Assembly (NCBI GenBank): GCA_903959115.1 | Contig: CAJBVU010000206.1 | Span: 1 to 30,327 of the forward strand | Direction of reading: 5' to 3' | Length of the DNA: 30,327 nt | DNA from: an uncultured Bacteroidota bacterium | Lineage (GTDB): Bacteria > Bacteroidota > Bacteroidia > NS11-12g > UBA955 | Shown here: piece after piece, positions 17,801 to 24,779 of the stretch | How positions within the stretch are numbered: position 1 is the first letter of the stretch | Layout of the letters: the number at the start of each line of letters is the position of its first letter | The notes under the pieces: generated by a model | The model's input: only the letters and a program-made list of their open reading frames with translations | The model's database searches: none | What the model was told of the DNA's origin: nothing | Made by a program: the position numbers and the translations under genes

Positions 17801-18732
17801 CCAAGTTTAACATGCGTTGGGGTACTTCAAAAGATAAAGACGGAAACGATATTTCTGGTTCTCAAGGTTTGGGTTGGTTCCCTGGCTATGCGGTGAATAT
17901 GGAAACGGGCGAACGATTGGTTATTGCATTCTCTGAGGATAGTTATTTGGCTGGTGAAAACGGCCGTGATATGATGTGGAATCCTACAGATAAGGTTATC
18001 AACGACAATGGCAGTTATCCTGCAATGGGTGGTAAACACTTCATTTATATCTTCGGTACGGGTATGTCGGCTATTTCGCGTAACGTAAAAGGTGAGAGAT
18101 ATTTAGGTGATGCTGAAGCCAATTTCCAACGTTTCAAAACAGCAATGTTGCCCACGGCTGTGGGAGGTTCTGTTTCGAGCACGGAGAAAATGAGATTGTT
18201 ATCTCAGGCAATGTGGGTGATTCCAACATATATGGCCGCTGGTTTCAAGATGGAAAATGGCAATGTTCCTCCAACAAATGTGAAGATCAAGATTAACATT
18301 CGCAAGGCATATACTACATACAATGGTGGTAATGCAATCAACAACGATCGTCCGATGTATGAATTTGATGCTGCAAGTATCGCACCTAAGGTGAGCAATG
18401 AAATCGGGAAGAAGAATTTGGACTTGGTTAATGTTGTTCCGAATCCTTATCGCGGATATAGTTCCTATGAAAACTCTCCAATTGATTCTCGTGTTAAAAT
18501 TACCAATTTGCCTCCAGATTGTACAATTACAATTTATGATATGGCGGGTAATTTGGTTCGCAGAGTTAACAAAGCGGATGTGAATACTTACTATGAGTGG
18601 GATTTGAAAAACGGAAGTAATGTGCCTATTGCCAGTGGTTTATACTTGATCCATGTTAAGACTAAGGATTTGGGTGAAAAGATAATTCGTTGGTACGGTA
18701 TTATGCATGCCATTGATTTGGACAGTTATTAA
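14848..18732 (+). CDS. 1294-aa secreted protein of unknown function with a T9SS type-A-like C-terminal domain
   Basis: SPI-type signal peptide with no lipobox. N-domain LDVNNVRTKLLNGGDMWWD..HSLFAGAIWIGG..DFWPGP; GDRRFIQSTGPFTL.PG; Fn3-like YKFEGYLVY; CTD VVPNPY..ITNLPPDCTITIYDMAGNLV..WDLKN..IASGLYLIHV. Confidence 0.8.
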   Translation: MKRLGLILFSAMLAQMSIARPILNLNGRSNSPRVDRRAGQFANTCEPASQSVDLDVNNVRTKLLNGGDMWWDLNNAKYEIPKVTDPNSVRKHSLFAGAIWIGGRDNGGSLKLAAMTYRQKGSDFWPGPLDTTTAATDPVRCKTYDKMWKVTRDELEEFENSKYLTQSAGIRDWPAGRQRAVLYGNEANYLAPYKEITPDGVYDPFVGEHPVLDDRRPSIENGVDKQPDMFIWWVYNDKGNIHSETQGQAIGVEVQTTAFAFSTNDEVNNMTFYGSKIINRGFTTLNNCYMGQWVDADLGNYADDYVGCDVGRGLGFCYNGDDDDEGVLGYGLNPPTIGVDYFEGPTDSAGNQMGLSHYMYYNNDSDPVRGNPGEAIEYYNLLQGKWLGGQNVTYGGTGFGGSKPAKYMFPGDTDPAYPTDPWTEKISGNKPGDRRFIQSTGPFTLRPGQTQRITVGVVWARTTSGGASGSLNLLKLASDKAQTLFNNNFKILDGPNAPDIEIQELEQELVMKFLNTNSGKIENYVEKYRDASNKLRTYKFEGYLVYQLKDGTVSTSDLDNVDKARLLFQCDLKNNRGMIVNKVYDPKLAALLPVIKVEGADAGVQHTWSIKNDLFATSANTQLVDFKPVYYLVMSYAILADDSLQIDPNQFLAGRRNIKTYKVVPHKTEPENFGTELTSGYGSGPVLTRLAGRGNGGNVLEFTPETMNDILANNISSKPTYVGGFGPVKIKVVDPLKVPNAKFEFVLKENKASLASGLKDSMTKNTGWFMVKKGADGVSNDTIFSDTTIRSKFESVQGKRSVNNATKETLADWGLSVEVEQVYNPGENAQADPSNGVLSWSVEWEDNGKQWLTAVADNDGTAAGNFPWQNWIRAGQAGRGATFDPIAHDFFNQDGTPCDPGQAFERIWNGRIAPYGLTGREKLTAAGKNTYGFAWWGNTVGLQNPMAELASIELVITKDKSLWTRCPVFEMADDEMKASTEGQMSKFNMRWGTSKDKDGNDISGSQGLGWFPGYAVNMETGERLVIAFSEDSYLAGENGRDMMWNPTDKVINDNGSYPAMGGKHFIYIFGTGMSAISRNVKGERYLGDAEANFQRFKTAMLPTAVGGSVSSTEKMRLLSQAMWVIPTYMAAGFKMENGNVPPTNVKIKINIRKAYTTYNGGNAINNDRPMYEFDAASIAPKVSNEIGKKNLDLVNVVPNPYRGYSSYENSPIDSRVKITNLPPDCTITIYDMAGNLVRRVNKADVNTYYEWDLKNGSNVPIASGLYLIHVKTKDLGEKIIRWYGIMHAIDLDSY

Positions 18733-18740
18733 AAAATAGA

Positions 18741-19856
18741 ATGATGAATCGCAAACAAAAGAATATACTTTGGGCCAGTTTGATGGCTGTTGGATTTGTA
18801 GGAACTGCTTTTGGTGGTAATCCTGAACGTCAGGGACAGGCAGGTGCTGCTCAGTTGACCATCAATGGTTGGGCGAGATCCAGTGGTATGGGTTGGGCGA
18901 ATGGCGGTAAGGTATCGGGTGCAGAAGCCATGTACATGAACGTAGGTGGTTTGGACCGTTTTAAGAATAACACCGAATTGGTATTTGCTCGTACAGAATG
19001 GTTGATGGGTTCAGGGATTGCCATTAATAGTGTTGCTTTGGCTCAGAAAATGGGTGAAGATGGCGAAGGAGGTACTTTTGGTATATCTGTAATGCAGTAT
19101 AGCATTAAACCCATTGATATCACTACAGAGGATAACCCTTATGGCGGTATTGGTACTTTTAGAGTTAATATGTCGAATATTGGCTTAGCATATTCTAAGA
19201 GCTTCAGTAACAACATCTCTGCAGGTGTTATGGCAAAGATCGTTTCGGAGGGGATTCCTGATGCAAGCGCTTCTGGTGTTGCTTTGGATGCAGGTGTTCA
19301 ATACGTAACCACATTCCGTCCTACCAAGGGTGGTATGAAGAAGGATGATTTCAAGTTTGGTATTTCGATGAAGAACATCGGACCCGACATGAATCATACG
19401 GGTGATGGATTGAGTTACAAGGCGATTTTGGATAATGGTACGTTTACCAAAACTGTTCAGGTGAAGGTGGATCAGATCAAATTGCCAGCCTTGTTGAACA
19501 TTGCTGCTTCTTATGATATCCGTTTGGATAAGAACGCAAATCAATACGATAATAAGTTAACTGTAGGGTTCGGATTTACGAATTATGCGTATACTGCGAA
19601 CCAGTTGACGTTGGCTTGTGAGTATTCATATAAGGAATTCTTGACATTGCGCGGTGGATTTGTTTATCAGCAGGGGATTTTTGACAGCGAAGTACGTCCT
19701 TCCGCCTTTACGGGTCCACAAGCAGGTATTAGTTATGATTTTGCGGTAGGTGAAGACGGCAATCAAGTTAGTTTAGATTACTCATACAGGGCAACAAATC
19801 CTTTTAATGGTGTGCATTCATTTGGTTTGCGCATTGGCTTAGGAACTGCCGAATAA
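18741..19856 (+). CDS. PorV/PorQ-family (FadL-like) outer-membrane beta-barrel, probable PorV paralog
   Basis: Signal peptide. N-terminal hatch-like segment AGAAQLTINGWARSSGMG..AEAMYMNVGGL resembles PorV (FL.I.P.AR..GMG....NPA). Amphipathic strands follow (GLAYSK, LDAGVQY, LTLRGGF, LDYSY, HSFGLRI). Confidence 0.8.
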   Translation: MMNRKQKNILWASLMAVGFVGTAFGGNPERQGQAGAAQLTINGWARSSGMGWANGGKVSGAEAMYMNVGGLDRFKNNTELVFARTEWLMGSGIAINSVALAQKMGEDGEGGTFGISVMQYSIKPIDITTEDNPYGGIGTFRVNMSNIGLAYSKSFSNNISAGVMAKIVSEGIPDASASGVALDAGVQYVTTFRPTKGGMKKDDFKFGISMKNIGPDMNHTGDGLSYKAILDNGTFTKTVQVKVDQIKLPALLNIAASYDIRLDKNANQYDNKLTVGFGFTNYAYTANQLTLACEYSYKEFLTLRGGFVYQQGIFDSEVRPSAFTGPQAGISYDFAVGEDGNQVSLDYSYRATNPFNGVHSFGLRIGLGTAE

Positions 19857-19870
19857 TACAAGCATTTTTA

Positions 19871-19878
19871 TATATTTG
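19871..19878 (+). promoter_or_regulatory. -7 box (TATATTTG) for greA
   Basis: Exact TAnnTTTG, located upstream of the hairpin described next. Confidence 0.6.
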
Positions 19879-19883
19879 TAAAG

Positions 19884-19918
19884 TGTGCATCAGTGGCTAA
19901 CGCTGGTGCACATTTTTT
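19884..19918 (+). terminator. Intrinsic terminator (end of the TBDR operon and/or greA leader attenuator)
   Basis: 12-bp stem TGTGCATCAGTG / CGCTGGTGCACA (two G-U pairs), 5-nt loop GCTAA, then TTTTTT. Confidence 0.8.
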
Positions 19919-19935
19919 CTTAAAAACTACCAACG

Positions 19936-20409
19936 ATGAGCGATATACAATATGTATCAAAGGAAGGCTTAGAGAGAATGAAGCAAGAGCTTTATTTGAT
20001 GAAGCATGAGGAACGTCCTCGTATCACCACTGCCATTGCGGAAGCGCGTGACAAAGGGGATTTGAGTGAGAATGCAGAGTATGATGCGGCGAAAGAGGCG
20101 CAGGGTATTCTGGAATATAAAATCAGTCAGATGGAACATATGGTTGCTAATGCTAGGGTTTTGGATACTTCAAATCTTGATACGAGCAAAGTGAGTATCA
20201 TGTTAAATGTTCGTGTGAAGAATCACAATGTTGGTAAGGAAGCGGTCTACCGTTTGGTATCGGAAAGCGAAGCCAACTTAAAGGAGAATAAAATTTCTAT
20301 CAAAAGTGCAATTGCGCAAGGTTTGATGGGGAAAGTGGTTGGGGAAACTGTGAATATCACTGTTCCTGCCGGTACCGTGAAATTGGAGATTCTAGAGATT
20401 TTCGCGTAA
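19936..20409 (+). CDS. greA: Transcription elongation factor GreA
   Basis: ERPRI..AIAEARDKGDLSENAEYDAAKE with the acidic tip intact; C-domain KISIKSAIAQGLMGK.VGE. Confidence 0.97.
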   Translation: MSDIQYVSKEGLERMKQELYLMKHEERPRITTAIAEARDKGDLSENAEYDAAKEAQGILEYKISQMEHMVANARVLDTSNLDTSKVSIMLNVRVKNHNVGKEAVYRLVSESEANLKENKISIKSAIAQGLMGKVVGETVNITVPAGTVKLEILEIFA

Positions 20410-20415
20410 TCTGAT

Positions 20416-20814
20416 ATGGCAACGTTGTTCTCGCGTATTGTGGCTGGTGAAATCCCTTGTCATCGTATTTGCGAAGACGAACATCATTTGGCATTTTTGG
20501 ATATCATGCCCTTGGTGATGGGACATGTTTTGGTAATCCCTAAGCGCGAGGTAGATTATATCTTTGATTTGTCTGGTTCCGAGTTAGGTGCTCTGTGGCA
20601 GTTTGCCCAGGGTGTTGCAAAGGCGGTAGAAAAGGCGGTTCCGTGTAAACGGGTTGGTGTTGCGGTGATTGGATTAGAAGTGCCCCACGCACATATTCAT
20701 TTGGTCCCTCTTCAAACCGTGGGCGATATCAATTTTACCAAAGAAAAGTTGCATCCCAGTGAGTCGTCGTTGGCTGAAATTGCCGCATTGATTCGTGCCA
20801 ATTTGCAAGGGTAA
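20416..20814 (+). CDS. HIT-family nucleotide hydrolase
   Basis: TLFSRIVAGEIP, AFLDIMP..GHVLVIPK and histidine triad VPHAHIHLVP. Confidence 0.95.
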   Translation: MATLFSRIVAGEIPCHRICEDEHHLAFLDIMPLVMGHVLVIPKREVDYIFDLSGSELGALWQFAQGVAKAVEKAVPCKRVGVAVIGLEVPHAHIHLVPLQTVGDINFTKEKLHPSESSLAEIAALIRANLQG

Positions 20815-20831
20815 AATCGGATTGATTTACT

Positions 20832-20839
20832 TAGGTTTG
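20832..20839 (+). promoter_or_regulatory. -7 box (TAGGTTTG) for lgt-holB
   Basis: Exact consensus, only 6 nt before the lgt ATG. Confidence 0.65.
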
Positions 20840-20845
20840 TAAAGA

Positions 20846-21628
20846 ATGAAACCTGAATTATTTCATATTGCTGGATTAACGATTTATGGATACGGTTTCT
20901 GTATTTTGGTAGGCGTTGTTGCTGCATTTTTTCATTTGTATTTGAATCGGGTAAGATTGGGGATGGATGTAGATAGCATTAGCAATGTGATATTGATTTG
21001 TTTTGTGGGTGTGTTTGTGGGAGGGAAGGTTTTTTACTTTTTGGAAGACCCTGCGGGACATTGGTCGCGGATGGATCAGTTCTTTGGGGATCTAGGCAAT
21101 GGATTTGTATTTTATGGTTCTTTTCTGGTCACCCTGGCGATGCTTTGGGCTTGGATGCGCAAGATTGGCTGGAATTTTTGGGATAAGATGGATGATATTG
21201 GCATCGCTGGTGCGTTTGTACATGGCTTTGGTAAGTTGGGCTGCTTCTTGGCGGGTTGCTGTCATGGCGTGGTTTGTGTGAATCCCAAATATGGCATAAT
21301 TTTTAATGATGTGAATTCGCACGCCGAGCCCTTGGGCGAGGCGCTATACCCCGTACAATTATGGGATTCGGGAATCGTGTTTTTTAGCATCGCAATGATG
21401 TTGTGGATGCAAAAGCGAGGGAAGACATTTGGTGGACAGTTATTTTTCTTTTATGCCTTAATTTATGGTGTAGGCAGGTTCTTTACGGAAGGGTATCGCG
21501 GGGATATCTCCAGAGGTTTTGTTTTCAACGGACTGTTATCGCATAGCCAATTTATTGCCATTTTAGTGGTGACCTTCTCGGGCATTGGATATTGGTTTTT
21601 GCGAAGGAGGCAGTTGCGTAAAGTATGA
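20846..21628 (+). CDS. lgt: Prolipoprotein diacylglyceryl transferase (Lgt family)
   Basis: Multi-TM protein with IYGYG, GFVFYG, G(K)LGCFLAGCCHG, YPVQLWD and RFFTEGYRGD motifs. Confidence 0.88.
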   Translation: MKPELFHIAGLTIYGYGFCILVGVVAAFFHLYLNRVRLGMDVDSISNVILICFVGVFVGGKVFYFLEDPAGHWSRMDQFFGDLGNGFVFYGSFLVTLAMLWAWMRKIGWNFWDKMDDIGIAGAFVHGFGKLGCFLAGCCHGVVCVNPKYGIIFNDVNSHAEPLGEALYPVQLWDSGIVFFSIAMMLWMQKRGKTFGGQLFFFYALIYGVGRFFTEGYRGDISRGFVFNGLLSHSQFIAILVVTFSGIGYWFLRRRQLRKV

Positions 21629-22743
21629 GATTTGAAGATGTAATTGGGCAGGATCAGGTGAAAGCTAGGCTCCGTCATGGCGTTGCCGTGGGCAGGATCC
21701 CTCATGCGCAGTTGATGTTGGGGCCAGAAGGGAGTGGAGGTTTGCCGCTGGCATTGGCCTATATTCAATTTGTGATGTGTCCAAATCGTACAGAATTGGA
21801 TAGCTGTGGGGAATGTCCAACCTGCAGAAAGCTATCATCTTTTACCCATCCAGACGTTCATTATACTTTCCCTTTTCCCAGGAAACAGGGAGAAATGGAA
21901 GCTTGCTCTGATGTTTATCCTCAGTGGCGTGAGGCGTTGAAAGACGATGTTTACATGAGTTACAGCGATTGGATGCAGCAACTCAATGCCGAAAATAAGC
22001 AAGGCAATATTCCAACCAAAGAACTTCGCAACATCATCAAAAATTTGTCGTTGAAGGCTTATGAGGGCAATATGAAGGTGAGTTTGGTGTGGTTGCCCGA
22101 GTATTTGGGACAGGAAGGCAATATTTTACTTAAAATTTTAGAAGAACCGCCGGCGGGGACTTTGTTTTTGTTGGTGGGGTCGGATGTGGACGATATATTA
22201 TCGACGATTGTATCCAGGACACAGCTAGTGAGAATGGCGCCTATCGAAGATGCAGCCTTAAGTGAAGCGCTGGTTGTGAGAGATGAGATAACGGAGGCCG
22301 ATGCGCAGCGGTTGGCTAAAGTTGCCCAGGGCAATTATCATTTGGCCAGGGAATTGGGTAAGGAGGCAACGAATCCGCATTTGGATGCTTGGCGAGGGTG
22401 GATGACGATTGTGTTTAAACGGAAAATGGGCGATGCGTTTGCTTGGAGCGATGATATGTCATCGCTAGGTAGGGAAGGCGTTAAATCGTTCTTACTATAT
22501 GGGATACAAGTGCTGAGGACTTGCGCTGTGGTACCCTATTCAGGGTCTGAAGGATTGTGGGAAGGGCCAGAATTGGATTTCGTGAACAAATTCAATACGC
22601 TACAATTGGGACATGAGGTCATTGGGAAGATGGTAAAGGTTTTAGAGGACGCGATGTATAGCATTGAGAGAAACGGCAACCCTAAAATCATATTGATGGA
22701 TGCGAGTTATGGACTGGTGAAATCAATTATGAAAAAAAACTAG
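21625..22743 (+). CDS. holB: DNA polymerase III subunit delta-prime
   Basis: VIGQD.VK, RIPHAQL..GPEG.G (degenerate P-loop), Zn motif CGECPTC, HPDVHY, NILLKILEEPP and TIVSRTQ. ATGA overlap with lgt. Confidence 0.9.
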   Translation: MRFEDVIGQDQVKARLRHGVAVGRIPHAQLMLGPEGSGGLPLALAYIQFVMCPNRTELDSCGECPTCRKLSSFTHPDVHYTFPFPRKQGEMEACSDVYPQWREALKDDVYMSYSDWMQQLNAENKQGNIPTKELRNIIKNLSLKAYEGNMKVSLVWLPEYLGQEGNILLKILEEPPAGTLFLLVGSDVDDILSTIVSRTQLVRMAPIEDAALSEALVVRDEITEADAQRLAKVAQGNYHLARELGKEATNPHLDAWRGWMTIVFKRKMGDAFAWSDDMSSLGREGVKSFLLYGIQVLRTCAVVPYSGSEGLWEGPELDFVNKFNTLQLGHEVIGKMVKVLEDAMYSIERNGNPKIILMDASYGLVKSIMKKN

Positions 22744-22800
22744 ACGGTCAGACAACCAATGGGGGGTTATAATCTTCTTTAGGTGAAATCTGGATCATGT

Positions 22801-22808
22801 TAACTTCG
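22801..22808 (+). promoter_or_regulatory. Variant -7-like box (TAACTTCG) abutting the sigma factor start
   Basis: Same octamer as before ccmB, but only 1 nt before the ATG, so its function is doubtful. Confidence 0.25.
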
Positions 22809-22809
22809 A

Positions 22810-23346
22810 ATGACACATCAACAGGAGCCAAAAGAACATCAATTGTTGCGACAGTGTATCGCGGGAGACCGCAAGGCACAGCAAGGGTTGTACGATCTTT
22901 TTGCCCCCACTGTGTATGCCATTTGCTTGCGATACATGGGTAATTCAGACGATGCCAAAGATATGTTACAAGACACCATGGTAAAGTTTTATCAAAAAGC
23001 GGGAGAGTTCAGATTCCAAGGATCCTTGGAGGGCTGGGTGAAACGCATCGGTGTAAATGCATGTTTGGATCAGTTGAAGAGAAATAAAGCCAAATTTACT
23101 ACGGATATTGAAAATGCTTTTGGATTAAGCGGCGATGTAAATGCTTCTCAACCACTAGAAACTAAGGATTTGATGCGATTGCTCGGCACACTCCCTGATG
23201 GGTATCGCACTGTTTTTAACTTATACGCCATTGAGGGATTCTCTCATGGTGAGATTGCCACACTGTTGAATATTTCTGAGAATACAAGTAAGTCACAACT
23301 ATTTAAAGCCCGCAAATGGTTGCAAGCAAAACTCGATAGGAATTGA
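22810..23346 (+). CDS. ECF (sigma-70 group 4) RNA polymerase sigma factor
   Basis: 178 aa with regions 2 and 4 only: DRKAQQGLY..YAICLRY..AKDMLQD, GWVKRIGVN..LD and LPDGYRTVFNLYAIEGFSHGEIA.LL.ISENTSKSQLFKAR. Confidence 0.95.
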   Translation: MTHQQEPKEHQLLRQCIAGDRKAQQGLYDLFAPTVYAICLRYMGNSDDAKDMLQDTMVKFYQKAGEFRFQGSLEGWVKRIGVNACLDQLKRNKAKFTTDIENAFGLSGDVNASQPLETKDLMRLLGTLPDGYRTVFNLYAIEGFSHGEIATLLNISENTSKSQLFKARKWLQAKLDRN

Positions 23347-24653
23347 TGGATGATTCATTGAAACATATCGATGAGCTATTTCGTTCCCATTTGGGTTCGG
23401 CGGGTGTGACGCCTCCTACAGGGGTGTTTGAGCAGTGTGTTGAGCAATTGCATGCTTCAGGAACGGAAGGACAAGGATTGAATCAGGGTGCTATTCAGCA
23501 AAGTGTTGAATCAGGACTGGAAAATGCCACGGCAAGTGCAGGAAAAACAATATTTGGTATTTCGATGAAGGCCAGCGTTGCAATACTTGGCTCAGTGGTT
23601 GCTGCCGTCTTTGTGGTATCGGCTATCTTGAACAGCAACGGATCTGTCAACCATTTGAAAGATGTGAATGCTGGGATACGGTCAGAGGTCGACAAGAATT
23701 TGGATCAGACAGCCGCGGGAATTGATAATAATTCGGATAAGGGTGCTGGTTTGTCGGCGAAGACCAACGCTGAAATTGGTAATAGTTCTTCTGATGTAAA
23801 TGCAAGGACGACTTCTCTGGATAAAATAGATTACGTGGCCACTTATGGGGGGTCGATTCCAGTGCTTCGTAAGAATTATGTTGGAGGGAAAAATAATGTT
23901 GGAGTGGAAAATTCCGGGGGCGGGAATGGTGGATCGGGCATAGAAAATTCATCGAATGTGCCCCGGGAAAAATCATCGAGTGAAATGTTAGTTAAAGTGC
24001 CGACAGACAATTCAAATCAATTGAGCCGACCTACAAAAGTGGTAGCTGGGAATATAAACCCATGTCAAAAGTATGCAAATCAGTGGAAGCCTGTTATCGC
24101 CGATATTGTTGGTGGGATTGTTTCATTGGGTATTGAGGGTAAATATGAAAAAATGCGGGTTGATTGGGCTGATGGTGAGCGTTCAGAAGTGTTAACTGAC
24201 CAAGTGGGTGTTGAGCGAGTTTCGCATCAATATTGGGTAGCAAATAACAGAACGTTTAATGTAAAGATGTTGAACGAGCGCAGGGTTTTCGATGAGAAAG
24301 GTATGTGGATTGTTTGCAGGGACAGTCAGAGAGTTGCGGTTAGTATCGCGCCCGTGGGTGATGCTACAGATATTTTTGTCCCTGATATTTTTACACCCAA
24401 TGGGGATGGATTTAATGAAGAATTTTACATTAGGATGGCCCAGCCTCAAATGTTCGATATTTGTGTCTTTGATGTGAACAATCGTTTGATATTCAGATCA
24501 GAGAACTACGATGCAAGATGGAAGGGTATTTGTGGCGCAAGTGTTTGTCCAGAAGGTGTTTATAGGTTGGTTGTTTCGTATAAGTATAGTGGTGATAAAT
24601 CGTTAAAGTATGCAAGAAAATCCGTGAAGTTAATTTATAAAGCAAACCAATAA
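23346..24653 (+). CDS. Putative anti-sigma factor: cytoplasmic N-domain, single TM, Ser/Asn/Gly-rich linker, PKD-like domain and T9SS type-B CTD
   Basis: TGATG overlap with the sigma gene. N-terminus IDELFRSHL....TPPTGVFE resembles Bacteroidota anti-sigma N-domains. Hydrophobic helix at 23577-23630; no cleavable N-terminal signal peptide. C-terminus FVPDIFTPNGDGFNEEF..FD.NNRLIF..RWKG..PEGVY is CHU_C-like. Confidence 0.72.
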   Translation: MDDSLKHIDELFRSHLGSAGVTPPTGVFEQCVEQLHASGTEGQGLNQGAIQQSVESGLENATASAGKTIFGISMKASVAILGSVVAAVFVVSAILNSNGSVNHLKDVNAGIRSEVDKNLDQTAAGIDNNSDKGAGLSAKTNAEIGNSSSDVNARTTSLDKIDYVATYGGSIPVLRKNYVGGKNNVGVENSGGGNGGSGIENSSNVPREKSSSEMLVKVPTDNSNQLSRPTKVVAGNINPCQKYANQWKPVIADIVGGIVSLGIEGKYEKMRVDWADGERSEVLTDQVGVERVSHQYWVANNRTFNVKMLNERRVFDEKGMWIVCRDSQRVAVSIAPVGDATDIFVPDIFTPNGDGFNEEFYIRMAQPQMFDICVFDVNNRLIFRSENYDARWKGICGASVCPEGVYRLVVSYKYSGDKSLKYARKSVKLIYKANQ

Positions 24654-24719
24654 TTTTAAAAATCGAATATGAATTTTACTCATAATAGTACACGGCGCCC
24701 AAATAATTCGGGCAACTCC

Positions 24720-24750
24720 TTGGGAAATTGGACCAAATTTTCTATTTTTG
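24720..24750 (+). promoter_or_regulatory. Housekeeping promoter of the giant PKD gene (TTG-N20-TATTTTTG)
   Basis: Exact -7 box at 24743-24750, with TTG at 24720-24722 and a 20-nt spacer. It lies inside the ORF track's N-terminal extension, which implies a later start. Confidence 0.6.
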
Positions 24751-24779
24751 AGCGATTACACAAAGCAAACTCACCTAAA

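Noticed and set aside
11043-19856. Horizontal acquisition or mobile origin of the TBDR cassette
   Set aside because: No integrase, transposase, tRNA or flanking direct repeats. Codon style resembles the other large native gene, and the promoter is of host type.
21715-21760. HolB P-loop lacking the Walker A lysine (GPEGSGGL)
   Set aside because: Delta-prime subunits have a degenerate, non-catalytic nucleotide site; this is not evidence of a pseudogene.
24669-24779. 37-aa N-terminal extension of the giant ORF given by the ORF track
   Set aside because: It is hydrophilic, precedes a normal signal peptide and contains an exact promoter (24720-24750), so it is most likely untranslated.
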